Below are positions 39,505-51,791 of a stretch of 64,000 bases of DNA, piece after piece. The notes beneath the pieces are model-generated. The model did no database searches and was not told where the DNA came from. It saw only the letters and a program-made list of their open reading frames with translations. Each line of letters starts with the position of its first letter. The stretch's first letter is position 1. The position numbers were made by a program, and so were the translations under genes. The stretch covers positions 5,018,879-5,082,878 of the forward strand of contig CM082579.2 in assembly GCA_040954595.2 (NCBI GenBank), written 5' to 3'. The stretch is from Balanoglossus misakiensis. Taxonomy: Eukaryota; Animalia; Hemichordata.

Positions 39505-40874
39505 TTAATATGTAGCAATGTAATCTGCACAAAATACATTTTGGTTTCTTTAATTCGCTACAGCAGCAGAACTGGACCTCTTCTACAAAATGCTTGCACC
39601 CTGTATTCATAACTGGCTTTACAGTTGTTTTACAAAGTGGCAAAAATTGTACTTGATCATGCATGCTGCATGCAGAAAACGTTCTTTCTTTTTAAAAAAG
39701 GAGGACAAAAAACTTTCACTGAATGAAGGAGATCTTGCATAGCATGATCTCCCCCCTCGAAGGCAGAAACACAACTTCCCCTGGTGGTGTCTATCTGAAG
39801 ACCGCCACCAAGTGTCACACAATTACATTGCGATTTTCTTTTCTTTTTCCATATGAAAGTTGGTCAGTCGTGAAAAACCAGCATCTGCTAAGCTCCCAGA
39901 AACCTATAGCCAGAAAGGGATTATTATTGATAGAATGTGCGAAAAACCACTTTCTGTATGCCCTTTTGCGAAAGAAAATTGTCATGGTGACCTCGGTTTG
40001 GCAAGTGGGAAAACATAATGAACCATGCAGCCTGTGACAAAGAGACACACGCGAACCTCGACGTTTTCTTCACTTCAAATATTTCGGTGAGCGCGAAAAT
40101 AATGGCCACCGTTGAAGTGAACAGTCATGCTGGACTATGGAATAAGCTCAAAACGCAGCATATAAACATTAGATTTTAATTCCATTTTTAGTGAATTCAT
40201 AAATACTCGATATATTATCTTGTGAAAATGTGTTCGCAAGGGAAAAAATGCCAAAATATACAAATAACTCGTGTGTGGTCCATATTTGTCACAAGCCCAT
40301 GTCTATTTCAAGAGGCAGGAAAACAAGCTAGCCAATCGCGTTGCTTTGATTATTGTACAGTCACAGAAAATATGTTTTCATATGCAAATTATACCACAGC
40401 TGTCCAATCATCAGCCAAATGTTCATTTCATTTAAATTTCGAGTGAATTCTCTCTTCTGTGATTCCGCCAATCACAAAGACGGCAAACAATAATAATAGA
40501 TGTAAAACAAAACAGACAAGAAGAAAATATACATATAAACTAAAGTCCTTTCAACATAATAATAACAATAATAATAATAACTTGAATTCTCTTGCACAAA
40601 CAATGCATGCAAATGTTTTCACAAAATAACAATTTAAGCTACGGTACAGTTCTAAGTTTCACACACTGTTATACTCCAATGATGGTGGTGTTGTTCGTCC
40701 CGAATTAACCTCTTTAACTTTGGGAGGGGTGGGAGAAAGTATTCCTTCTGCTGGCAATGAAACTTGCTGCACAAAAAAGGAACAAATTCAGAAAGAAAGA
40801 AAAACCTGGCAATCAACAATTGTAAATGAAACCAAATGTGGTGGAGGAATATTACAAAATAAAATGAATGGCAG

Positions 40875-40934
40875 CGTTATAGGAGTGTACCCCCCAGATT
40901 AGCGACGTTATAGGAGTGTACCCCCCAGATTAGC
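40875..40934 (+). repeat. Tandem duplication, period 31 bp (29 bp identical)
   Basis: cgttataggagtgtaccccccagattagc at 40875-40903 and again at 40906-40934. Confidence 0.95.
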
Positions 40935-42676
40935 AACATCCACCAACAGGAAGTTAAATTGACTACAAAATAAGGTCTGTGTACAGAGATCAAAGACTTA
41001 TCCCATGAAGAGTTGAACTTTCTTCTTCTTCAGAAATGAAACAATTTTCAGATGGCTTAATTCCCAGCCATCCCAAATGAGTGTGACTACTATGTTATGT
41101 TTCTTATTTGAAATGATTCAAACTGCACATCTTTTTTATGTTAACAATTCTAACTACAGTGATGTTGAAAGTTGTTTTTCCAGTTTATAGTGATGTGACG
41201 TGGTTATATCTTGACTGACAAAAAAACTTGAGTATGATACAATATAATAATAAGTGTGATTTGTGATATCTTACAACTTGCAGTGTGAAATCTTAGCAGT
41301 CAAAGACAAAAAACAAAAGAACCTTAATGCCAGGAAAAAGCACTGTGTTACCATCAAAATAAATGTACATTCTAATTTACAGCAAGGGTGGCCCCTGTCC
41401 ACCCCTCTCAACAACAACAGAATGGTACAGTCCCATTGTGATACTATGGGAATGTCTTATTCCAAGGAGAGGGGTTGGACTGGGGCCTCAGTAGGGATGT
41501 GTTTCCCTACACATAATTTAGCATTTTGAGATGAAAAGAGAGAGAAATTCATAATGAGACTTGCAATGCCTCATTTTGCAATATATCTACAGTGTTTTCA
41601 GCGCCAAACAAAATTTCTATACAAGCAAATAACTATACTGGTCAACGGGCTCCAGTTAAACACACTGAGTGATATTTGTGGGTGAAAAAAAAGAGTCTCT
41701 GTATAAAGCACATTTTTCTTCTTTTGAGAAAATGTTTAACTTGTGTGTGCTCATTCTGTTGTGCTGTTTATTCTAAGCATCTGGCACACAGAATCATCAC
41801 ATATTTGACCACTAGTGTCCTCAAAATAACTTCATTTTTTTATAGATTTTAAGGCAATATTTAAAAAAAATAATTTCATTACAGAATGCTTAAGGCACAG
41901 GTTAGATTTTGTGAGTATCAAAAAAACAACTATTTACAACGGCAGATTTCAGTTAAGCGTACCTATTCCCCTATTTCTTGTTATATGCAAAAAGCTCACC
42001 AGCTGTTTTGAAAATAAAATGGGGATAATTCAGTCTTGAAAAAAAAAGTTTTTTGTTTTCCAAACCCCATTTTCTCAAGTCATATTTTTGCAGGCATCTT
42101 TGCTAGGGGACACAGAGCTGCAAAGGGTTTGACAGTTTTGTAAATAAAAAAACAATGACGAGTCTGCTCTCGTTGAGAGTCGATGTAACGGCCATGTCCT
42201 CCCCTGCAATCGCGACAAGAGACTGTGAATCACAGTGAAGCTGCATGGCAGCGAACGGTCAGTAGAACCTCCATCTTGAAAAGAAGCGATGTCTACAACC
42301 CACATCGGTTCCCCAGGATTCGTCCAACCAGTCGGGGGCAAGTCCAGTAGGCAACAATAGTAGGAACGCACGCTCTCCAGACAAGCCCACTAAAACACAC
42401 ACGTCGCATCTATTGTCGTACGAGAAACGGTCCCACAGGAACGTGCAGTTTCCATCACACTCCCCCCTTTTAAGGCAAAAAGTTTATAGGATCATCAATC
42501 CGGCACAGAAGTACACTTGAAGTTTTCGTCCACTTGCAAAGACAGCACCACATTTTTAGCCAGCAGCATTACACAGCTGATTATAATTTTATAAATAAGG
42601 GTTATTATTATTATTTTTCATTTTCCGGTCCTCATCGTGGGATCATCACACCACACGACTGGCAGTTAACTCCCGG

Positions 42677-42949
42677 TTACCGCGACAACTTATTGCACTG
42701 CGTCATACTCTCCTTCAGAGCGTGTAGCTGCTCCTCGCCCAGTTTCACCTTGTCGTTCAGTTGCCGCGTGGTCATTATAAGGTCCGACTTCATGCTCACA
42801 AAGTGTTCAAAGTCCGCGTACTGCTCGTCGTTCAGATACTTTCGAAGATTCACACAGACTTGGTCGTTTCGTCGATCGATCCCCTCTTTCAGAGTCTTGG
42901 CTTCCTCGTACTGCATATGGAGTTTGTCTCTCTTCTCCTCCAGTGTTTG
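42677..42949 (-). CDS. Shroom: Shroom terminal exon (ASD2/SD2 C-terminal part)
   Basis: tgcacag|CAA ACA CTG; QTLEEKRDKLHMQYEEAKTLKEGIDRR...YADFEHFVSMKSDLIMTTRQLNDKVKLGEEQLHALKESM...*, matching ASD2 (FVxMK..L...KIKLGEEQL). Confidence 0.95.
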   Translation of the reverse strand, partial: QTLEEKRDKLHMQYEEAKTLKEGIDRRNDQVCVNLRKYLNDEQYADFEHFVSMKSDLIMTTRQLNDKVKLGEEQLHALKESMTQCNKLSR

Positions 42950-43129
42950 CTGTGCAAAAGAAATCGGCACAAAATGAAATTTGAGAATTTTTCAAAAATG
43001 GCAACAATATAAAGCTGCTGGAAGTCACATACACAAGCTACAAGCTGATTGGATGAATTGTGTAAAGCACAGTTTCCAATTGGCTGAGAGAAATAAAACC
43101 ACCAATAGCCACACAGCTTGATTACTCAC

Positions 43130-43405
43130 CCGAGTTTCCGGATCGCACTCGGCGGGATCCAAGTTACCCAGGGCATTTTCAGCCCTGGCTAACCTTCCAG
43201 ACAGAGACATGAGCAAATTGATAATCTTGGCCAGCTCGTCCACAAACAACTGGTATTTGTCGAATTCACTCTCCTTGCAGACCGACTTGGCCAGTTGCGT
43301 CACCTGGCGTCCCAGTTCCTCGTTTTCCGCGTTTTCTTCGTGCAGTTTTTCCTGTTCTTCTTTCAGACCCTCCAGTTTCTTGCTGATGCTGTCAATCAAC
43401 TCCTC
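43130..43405 (-). CDS. Shroom: Shroom exon (ASD2 core)
   Basis: tgcag|GAG GAG TTG...ACT CGG|gtgagt; EELIDSISKKLEGLKEEQ...EFDKYQLFVDELAKIINLLMSLSGRLARAENAL contains the diagnostic ASD2 LLxSLSGRLAR motif. Confidence 0.96.
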
Positions 43406-43523
43406 CTGCATAGAAAACACACAAGTGATGAAATTACAGCATGGCAACCATGCATTGTGGGAAAGGGGGGGGGGGCGGTAAGGTAACACAGAGGGCTGAG
43501 CATCTGACAGATCTTCCCATTAC

Positions 43524-43668
43524 CTTTTTCTGATTGAGTTCCTCGCTGTCTTCCGGGATATTCTCCATGTCTTCCTGCGAGTGTTTGTTTTCATTCAGGA
43601 GCAGAGCTTTAACCGCGGAGATGCCGTAGTACGGAGACGTGGCCGGCAGCAGCAAAGCCGGGTCTGGT
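43524..43668 (-). CDS. Shroom: Shroom exon (ASD2 N-terminal part)
   Basis: ccacag|A CCA GAC...AAA AAG|gtaatg; PDPALLLPATSPYYGISAVKALLL...EELNQKK, resembling the Shroom YYxxSAxKAxLL motif. Confidence 0.93.
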
Positions 43669-43819
43669 CTGTGGAATAAACAGAAGAGCATGTGTGAGGT
43701 AATTACAATTTGTTGGAATCAGCAGGGTCTTTACTCTAATATTTCTAACAGGGCAACATCAAGGAAAAACACTGTGTATGAAAGCAGGCAAACTGTCAGG
43801 TTAATCTGTTCATGCTTAC

Positions 43820-44818
43820 TTTTTTGGTGGAGGTGCCTTTCTTTCGCCGGATTTTTCTCCGTTCAGCACCCGGCTGGTGCTCTGGCGTCGTCTTTTCTGT
43901 TCCTCGCTGGCGGTCGGGAACCCGAGTCCGTTGATGTAGTCCTCGGTGGTCCTCTGCATGGGTGCCAGAATGCAGGACAAGCTTTTGTCGTTAGATTCAC
44001 TGCAAATGGTTTTGGTCAGTTCCTCAGCTTTGAGGTCTTCCGCTGATTTCTCTTTTGGTGCCTTGACTTCCGGAGTTTTCTCTTCCTTCTTCTCTTCCGT
44101 GACTAGGTCCTCTTTCTTGTTTTCCGACATTTCTTTCTCTGCCTTCTCTGTGTACGTGTCTTTATCTTCGATTATATCTGCTGCTTTCACGTCTTTCCTC
44201 TGTTCCGGCGAAGTTCTTCCCACCACTGTAACTGGTGACGTCTTCTGGACTGCTACTCTTTCTGCTGGTTTATTTTCTTCTTTCAGGGGCTTGGAGTCCA
44301 TCTGATCGAAGCTGTCTGCGCGTATCCTCGTCGGTGACTTCAGATTCAAATGTTTCAAGTCCTCGCCCTTGCCCTTGGTCTCGTACTTGAGTTTCATTTC
44401 CTGCACGGAGCTGTACGCGGCCAGTCTTCCGAACGTCGGCCTGGTGGGAGACGTCTTCGTCGGAGAGGGCGATTTCGACACGGTCTCCAGCGACTTCGCC
44501 GGCCCGAGTCTCCTCATGGGCGTGAATGGCGGCGGGCTCGTAAATGCTGGCTTTGGACTCGGCGGTTTGCTGAGGGTGAGTTTGACGCTGGTCTGAACGG
44601 TCGACGCTGAACTGGCAGCGGGACTGTCCCTTTTCTTCTCCGGTTGTGGAGATGGCGACAGCGATGTCTTCATCGGCGACACCGGTCTCGCCGTGTTGAC
44701 GGGTGAACTGGTCCTTTCCGACAGTCCCGTCAGACTCGACATGCTGGATGCCGTTGACTGCGCCAGTGGACCACGGGCATAGTGTCTCCCGGTGTACGAT
44801 CTGTACGTCTCAGTGGAG
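43820..44818 (-). CDS. Shroom: Shroom exon (Ser/Pro-rich and charged linker before ASD2)
   Basis: tgcag|C TCC ACT...CCA AAA AA|gtaagc; 999 nt open, phase 2-2; includes EELTKTI...DKSLSCILAP...TTEDYINGL, a Shroom-like pre-ASD2 segment. Confidence 0.9.
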
Positions 44819-45208
44819 CTGCAATTTAATGAACAGTCAAAATATTACACTTCAAGGGATCAAATTTTACCCCAAAGGGGTCAGTCCACCCTCTGATAAC
44901 GGCAGGAGGCAGACAAAACAAAAACTGAAATTGTTTTGTGAGAATCAGTTCTACCTAAAATATACTGCCAACTGATTTTATGTCTATGACTGAGAAACGA
45001 ATGCAGACATTGTAAATTAATTTGGTCTGGAGACACCACTACATAATTTCACACACGACTTTAGTATGTTAGATGAACTATGAGCTTGTTTTGTCTGTCA
45101 AGAGTCTGAAAGGGGGGGCACTCTACACACGGAAGAGCCACATTAAATCAGCTGTTCCACTCTGCATCTGCACAAATAAAAGAAATAAATATGTGTGTAG
45201 CAACTTAC

Positions 45209-45604
45209 AGCATTGAAGTCTGTGGATGCATGTTGGCAGATTTCTCCACCTTCTCCAAGATGTTATCTTCGCTAGTACTGCTGGTCAGGGATGGCGTCGG
45301 TGTCTGCGATCTCCTTCTCTGTATCGCCGAGTCGTCCCTGGCTTCCGGGCTGTCGATGAGCAGCTCTGGGGGCGGCGGTGGGAGGTCGTCGTCTTCGTCG
45401 AACACTACTTCATGGCTTGGCGATTCCGGCGGGGTGGGTAGGATGAAGCTGTCGGTGGTCAGGTAGCGGAACTTGTTCTTGCGGTCGTCCTCCACTTTCA
45501 GAAGCCCCGGCTGGCTCTGCGCCTGCAGTTGCCGGACCAAGTTCAGCTGATCTTTCGCGGTCGGGTGTGTTTCGGTCTCCCTGCTCTCGTTGCTGGTCTC
45601 CCTG
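45209..45604 (-). CDS. Shroom: Shroom exon (proline-rich, DDLPPPPPE)
   Basis: ttccag|C AGG GAG (alternative NAGNAG start at 45601) to ATG CT|gtaagt; phase 2-2; coding-like GC content. Confidence 0.87.
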
Positions 45605-48600
45605 CTGGAACACGAAACAAAGATCAGAATTAATATCCCCTTCTGCTGTATTGAATTTCATATTTTCGTCGACTTCCTGGCTTCTCTGAAGTTGATGACA
45701 ACAGACGACAGTTGGAAGTGCCTTAATTCTGACTAAAAATTCTTCCTGGGCATGGTAAAGCAATTGAAATCAATACCAGAGATATTTCAGCCGTACGTCA
45801 CTCCAATTGTCACAGAAACAGCGATAAACTTGAGAAGGGAAGAAAATAAACCCAGGTTGCAAAGACCTCCATGTTTGATCATTCGTCAGCTGCTGCCTAT
45901 TAAATTTGGTAGTCAAAACATGCGAAAACTCAGAGACCTTCTGTCCCAAGGCCAGCTGATAAAAAATCTGAGAAAACCCACCCCACCGTTTACTCTCGCC
46001 GTAATCTCTGCACGTCCCGCGACTGATACAAGACTCAGAAACATTCTCAGTATTCCGCACAAGGCTGGCCACCTCATTACACCAACGCTTTAGTGACCTT
46101 TGGCCCCTCAGACAATGTTGTTGTAGCATACTTCACTGATTTGAGTGGGAAGACCCCAGCAGACAGAGGCAAATCAACATTAAGCGGCTAATCAGCAGAT
46201 ATTGGAAGGAGACACATCCTGCCTCAATGACATTCCAACAAGGACGTGGTGATATCTCACATCCTTAAAGTTTTCAAGGATGTTCCGTTCATTTTGCTTC
46301 GTGACAGGAGAGTACCAAGAAGCCACGCTGATAAACTTTTTATTCACTCTGATCCGGATTTTGTACATTTAATATTTGCAAATATTATTTGGAATTTCTT
46401 CCAGAGTCAATGTTTTCAATATCATGCCAATAACCTCAGCCATGACCTTTTGCAAGGTCATCCCTGAGAACTTGGCATTTGTTTTATAGTGCAAGGGACT
46501 CTTTTAAAGAGCTGTATCATTTTCAACTTTGGGATCAGTTGACTGTTACTCCTTTGGTTGCATATTTGCAGAATGTGTCCATTTTTTTCTGTCTACTCAG
46601 TGAAATTTTGTCTTCCTCCGGAAAAACGTAGTCTCTCGATATGGATTTTGAGGCTACTGTACCAAGTGACACTTACCACGGACACATAAAACTACCATAT
46701 CCATATCAATGTTGACGAATATTAGATGCTAACATGGGAGAGCCACCAGCTCCAATTGAAATTCCACGGTATAAAATGTGTCAATGTTTTCCGGAACAGA
46801 AACTTCCCAGGCTACTTATGCGAAAACAGTCCGTGTTTACAGAGACTTGTTGACAAAATATTTCCCCCAATATCAGACTGCCAGTGCCTGCCCTCAAATG
46901 CCAGATATGCGAATCTGAAAAGCTTTTTAAGAGCGATCTCCTAACATTTGCCCTTTATCCCTAAAAATAGGAGGCATGTGTTGAGAATTAACCAAACGAC
47001 ATATCAATATGTCATACAAAAATGCTAACAGTAGTTATTCTTCTTATGAATATTTATAGCTGTAAAATAACATGCCATTCCAAAGGGGCTGAAATCATCA
47101 ATTTGTGGAACTTCTGGTCAGAAAAATATAAATTTCATTGCGTGGCTTCCCGGTCACTACACCAGACACCTCCACTGCCCACTCATTTTTTAGACCAAAA
47201 TGTATAATCAATGTTTATTTTGAGTCATCCAATTTTCATAACACTCCTAGCTAACCACATCATCTAAATAACCACTTTATAGGTTTTGATTACTAAAATG
47301 CTCCGAAAATATACCACATGCATGTATCATGAATTGGCCTAGCAGCAAAGACAAAATGAATACCACAGACGGTTTACGCGCTACATCTACAGAACAAATT
47401 TTCTGACCTGCAGTTGGTATAATTGTGATGCCTTATCAACATACAGCAGGGAGGGGCTGTGTTTTATAAACTAGATTACACAATACAATCTGTATGTTAT
47501 TTTTCTCATAACTGTGCTCCCTGTGTTTTTAGTCATCGGCTGTAAAGCCAAAACACGGTCTGAATCTGGTTGTGTTTTCACTTGAGTCAACGCACATATA
47601 TCAGCACAAGGGCTGCATGCTCAGAATTCCTGACTGAAAACTGTACCCCAAGCAAGATGACAAGCGACTTCAGAACAAATGATAGAAGTATTATTATATC
47701 ACTCATTTGACAATTGTAACCACGGTGTGCGTCGTGTGAAACGTAATCAATTCCACCAAGTGGATCATATCAATGTCACAATAATTAAAATCTAACATTT
47801 CAGCTTGCCAGCAATTCCCACCAAACAGAGCCAGAAATATAAATATAGCAGTGAGAAATACCAGTACTCCAGGCTGCTAGCATAATGTCAAGCTGTCCAA
47901 CAGATTTCCCTGTGACCCCGTTGTGTACTGGGGGGGATTTAAAAAAAAAAATTCTGCTGACTGGCCAAGTCGGTGAAATATATCTCAGTAATAGGCCAGC
48001 ATCAACACTCGGCAGCAAACAGCGACTGCGACTTGAGAGGTAACATCGTTCTGTGACACCTACATGCGATCTAACTGATCGGAATTCTGTCATGGAAACC
48101 AAGACCGGGAATATTATTCTGTTATTCAGTAATCAAACAGAGCACACATATGGCATTGAGTCAGAGAGTCAAATATTGACAATCACACACTCAGCACAAT
48201 AGTTGCCTTTCATAGGAGTCTGAGGCCAGTTTCAAAAACAATGGGGTATTTCTAGCTCTTCCTGTAATTCCACTCTCATCCTGGGATACATTATAGAGAG
48301 ATGTCAACTCCACAAAGGCCGGATTCACCTAATGCCCTAATGATTTTACATAATCTCAAATTTTGCGTCTTCACTAACAATGAATAATGGAGGCCATGAT
48401 TAATCCCTGTGTGTGTCCTGTGGTTTTTGGACTTAACGATATGCAAATGACCTTCACATGTATGCTCTGTGCTGACAAAAAAACATAAGGTAGATTATTA
48501 AAAATTTTCATGTATGGTGACAATTCAGCTGGTGTGTATAAAAATTATATAATTTTTCTTATGAGACCAACATTTTCGGAAGTGGAGAATATAAAACTAG

Positions 48601-51207
48601 ACCTGCTATGTTTTGCTTGTAATATAGACACACAGAAGTGAAAATATAAGTTTCTCGGACACGTTTCTGTCTATGTATTCGTCGGTTTAAAAAAATCCAG
48701 TGAAAAAGAGATCCCGCAAAGATCAATTTCCAGTTTGCTTAGGGCAGTAATTCCAGACATACGCTCTCACTCAAAGTGGTCCCAGCCTAGGTTTTATGCC
48801 ATGAGTTGCCATTATGAAATAAAAGAGTGTCCTGAATTCTTCCTGTTCCTGTTTCTGTTTATGCCCAAAATTTGAACCAAAAAATTAGAAGAAAAAAATT
48901 CACCCACTCTTCACAAATAATCTTACCTCAGAAAAGTCTTGACAGACACACACTCCACAAAAACTCGAGAAACCCACCACACAGAATTTACTCCAATGGA
49001 CCAAATATGGTTCAGTCTCCCGATCCCTGGTACTGTATGTTGACTAAATACTAGCAAAGCTTATTAAACACCCTTGATGATGATGACAAGGCTACACTCA
49101 TGACACTGGATCCGTATTATGCTAACCGCCTCTCCAAAAAAGGCCAATCACTACAGATTAGATGAGTCACATGACTAATGCATGAAGTCAGATGGCCCTG
49201 CCCCTGAACCAATGAAAACACAACAATTTTAAGCATCCCGGCAGATAGTTGAACTGAAACATGTGTGCTTTGACAACAAAGTGATATAACTGGTTAATGG
49301 TAACGCAAATTAATGGGGCCCTATATTTCAAAAGCTTGTTTTATGATAAATAGAAGTTCCAAGACACATTTTGAGCTTCTCCACCCCACTCCGAGTCTTG
49401 GCATAGCATTGTCCCTCATAGGTTAAAAAGTAAATCAACCAAAACACATTTTCGCAAAAGAAAAATAAATCCTGGTATTACAGGGTCACTTGAGTCAAAA
49501 CATGAATGCAGTGAATCTACCAGTGGAATGATCTATACTGGAAGATATAGTTCCCTATCCATCAAATGGTACATCCCAGTCACAAGTAAACATTTGGACT
49601 AGTCCATTAATTGCAAGTGGTTGCAAGTTGATGTCACAAATACACACCATATGGATCCTCTATTAGGATAACGAAGGCTCACACCCCTCTCCATTCTAGA
49701 TCTACCAAAAATGGAATGACCCCTCAACATTATCTGGGTCATGCCATTCTCAATGGGGTTGGGTAGAGCATTTCCTGTAGACAGGAAGGGATGGGTGCGC
49801 AAGTCTTCCTGCGAGTGGTGTTTAGTCCAACCACACTCCGCCCGAATTTTTCCCAATATTGAAATACAAGTCTAAAATAAATATTTTAACAAACTTCCAG
49901 TCCGAATCTGAGATTGTTGTGGTTCGTACTGGGTGATATTTTACCCTACCCGTAGAAGGTATTTAAAAAAAATATCTGTAGCAGAGAATGCAGTTCAATA
50001 CAGCAACATCCTTTTCCATGCTCTAGCAGTTATGAAAATTATAAATATTAAACTAAAATCATAATATCTACTAGGGTGTTTTGTTTGCCGGCTGCGGGAG
50101 GCCGAGAGAGACCTGATTAAGAATGTTTATATTTCAATTATTGCCAAGCAGAACATTCCAGACCTCAATGAAGCTGGAAGGAAAAGGAGGAAGTATTAAA
50201 CCCCGGCGATTTGCTTATCTTGAGGAAATATGCCGGAAAGCTCTGCTGGGGGCAGTGTTACTTTCGCACAGATAGTTTCATTGAAAGCTGATCATTGGAG
50301 ACAAAGAGACTTGTAGAATGTTACATAAAAGATTGCGTTGTCAGTGATGTAGGTATAAATGCTGGCTTATGGTCATTTTGGCCACAAACACCCCAATTCA
50401 TTCTCTATACATCAGCAGCCCTCATGCAGATATGAACACTTCCTATCGTGATCCGACAATTTCCCAGTACTTGATTACCCTAGCTTGTTAGGAATCTTAT
50501 TTACGAGTTTGTTGACATCTAAAAGCCAAGACGTTGACCTGTCCCAGTGACCTATCGGTGTTGGGTTCAATGTTGACAGGACTCGGCCATATACATCTCG
50601 GCCGTTCACATGGGTTCTTTTCTATCAACACCCAAGACTTGCGCCCAGATACCATCTTTCCAGTCAGAAACCAAAGACAGCACTTCCCAGTAAAAGTTAC
50701 ACTTTTGACACACGAAACTTTGCAAAACAAACTGCAAAAACGATCACTAGATGCGGAAGGGTTTTACTTTACATGTTTTTCACTCATTATTACATTGTTT
50801 CTGGAGATTCAAAACTGTAACTAAGGGGAGCCCTATTTCAAGCAGAAAGCAAATGCCTATTTTGAAATGTTTGATACCCAGGATGGATTACTGGATCAGA
50901 GACAACGTGGAGTCACAGAGAATAGATACGTGCAACAGGAGATCAAAATCTGGTTTTGTTTTTGAGTCGACAAGAATGGTTCTTATGACAGAATATCAAC
51001 ACATGATGTCATACATGCCCAATCCTCAACTGCTTATTTTATAAAATACATGTTGGTGAAAACTGAACGTATTTCACTGTCATCAGCATAAAATTTGGTA
51101 TTCAATTTTCGATAGTTTAAAATAAATTTAACATTTCCCTGGCTATGACTGTACAAACATCACCAATTTGAAGTTCTGATCAAGTCCACACCGATAAGTT
51201 TACCCAC

Positions 51208-51407
51208 CTCAGAGTCATTGCCTCTTCCACTGCCTTTGAGGGCGGAAACGAGAAGAACTCTCCCTCAGTCTGTCGTGACTTTTGCTCAAAGCTCCTCTGT
51301 TGCTTGGCAACACTGGGTTTCACCATCTCCTCTTCATCGCTGGAACTGTCATCTGAATCGTCTGCAGAAGGCACAAACTCCACCATCACTAAATTCCCAT
51401 GGTGCAC
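51208..51407 (-). CDS. Shroom: Shroom exon (acidic, SADDSDDSSSDEEE)
   Basis: ttcctcag|GTG CAC...CTG AG|gtgggt; phase 0 in and phase 2 out, which exactly bridges the 4.5 kb exon and the 45604 exon. Confidence 0.82.
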
Positions 51408-51791
51408 CTGAGGAAAGACAGCATGTCCAAATCTTGTTCAGTACTCAATTTGGAAAGGTTTCCAATCAATTGTAAACTATTTTTTTATAAATTTTATCAG
51501 AAAGTTAGTTTTTTCTAATTATTACTGAACTGTGCATGGTACTCATATAACCAGGAACCAACAGCTGTTTTTCAATATGGTTAAAACTGAACCATATTTT
51601 CAGTTTGTACAGTGAACTATGAGTGCCATCACCATGATTAACATGCTTTACCAAAAATCACCGTTGTTAATGTGCTGCCTTAAATATTTTGGTAAGTATG
51701 AGAATAGTGAATATTACCACTTTTTAGGGTGAATCTGCATAATATAATCATTAAAATATAAGTGCAATTAGCATTAGAGGTGAAAATTAAC

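Noticed and set aside
49803-49817. 15-bp exact match to Shroom exon sequence at 43569-43583 (both give HSQED)
   Set aside because: A few 15-mer matches are expected by chance within 64 kb, and the flanks do not align.
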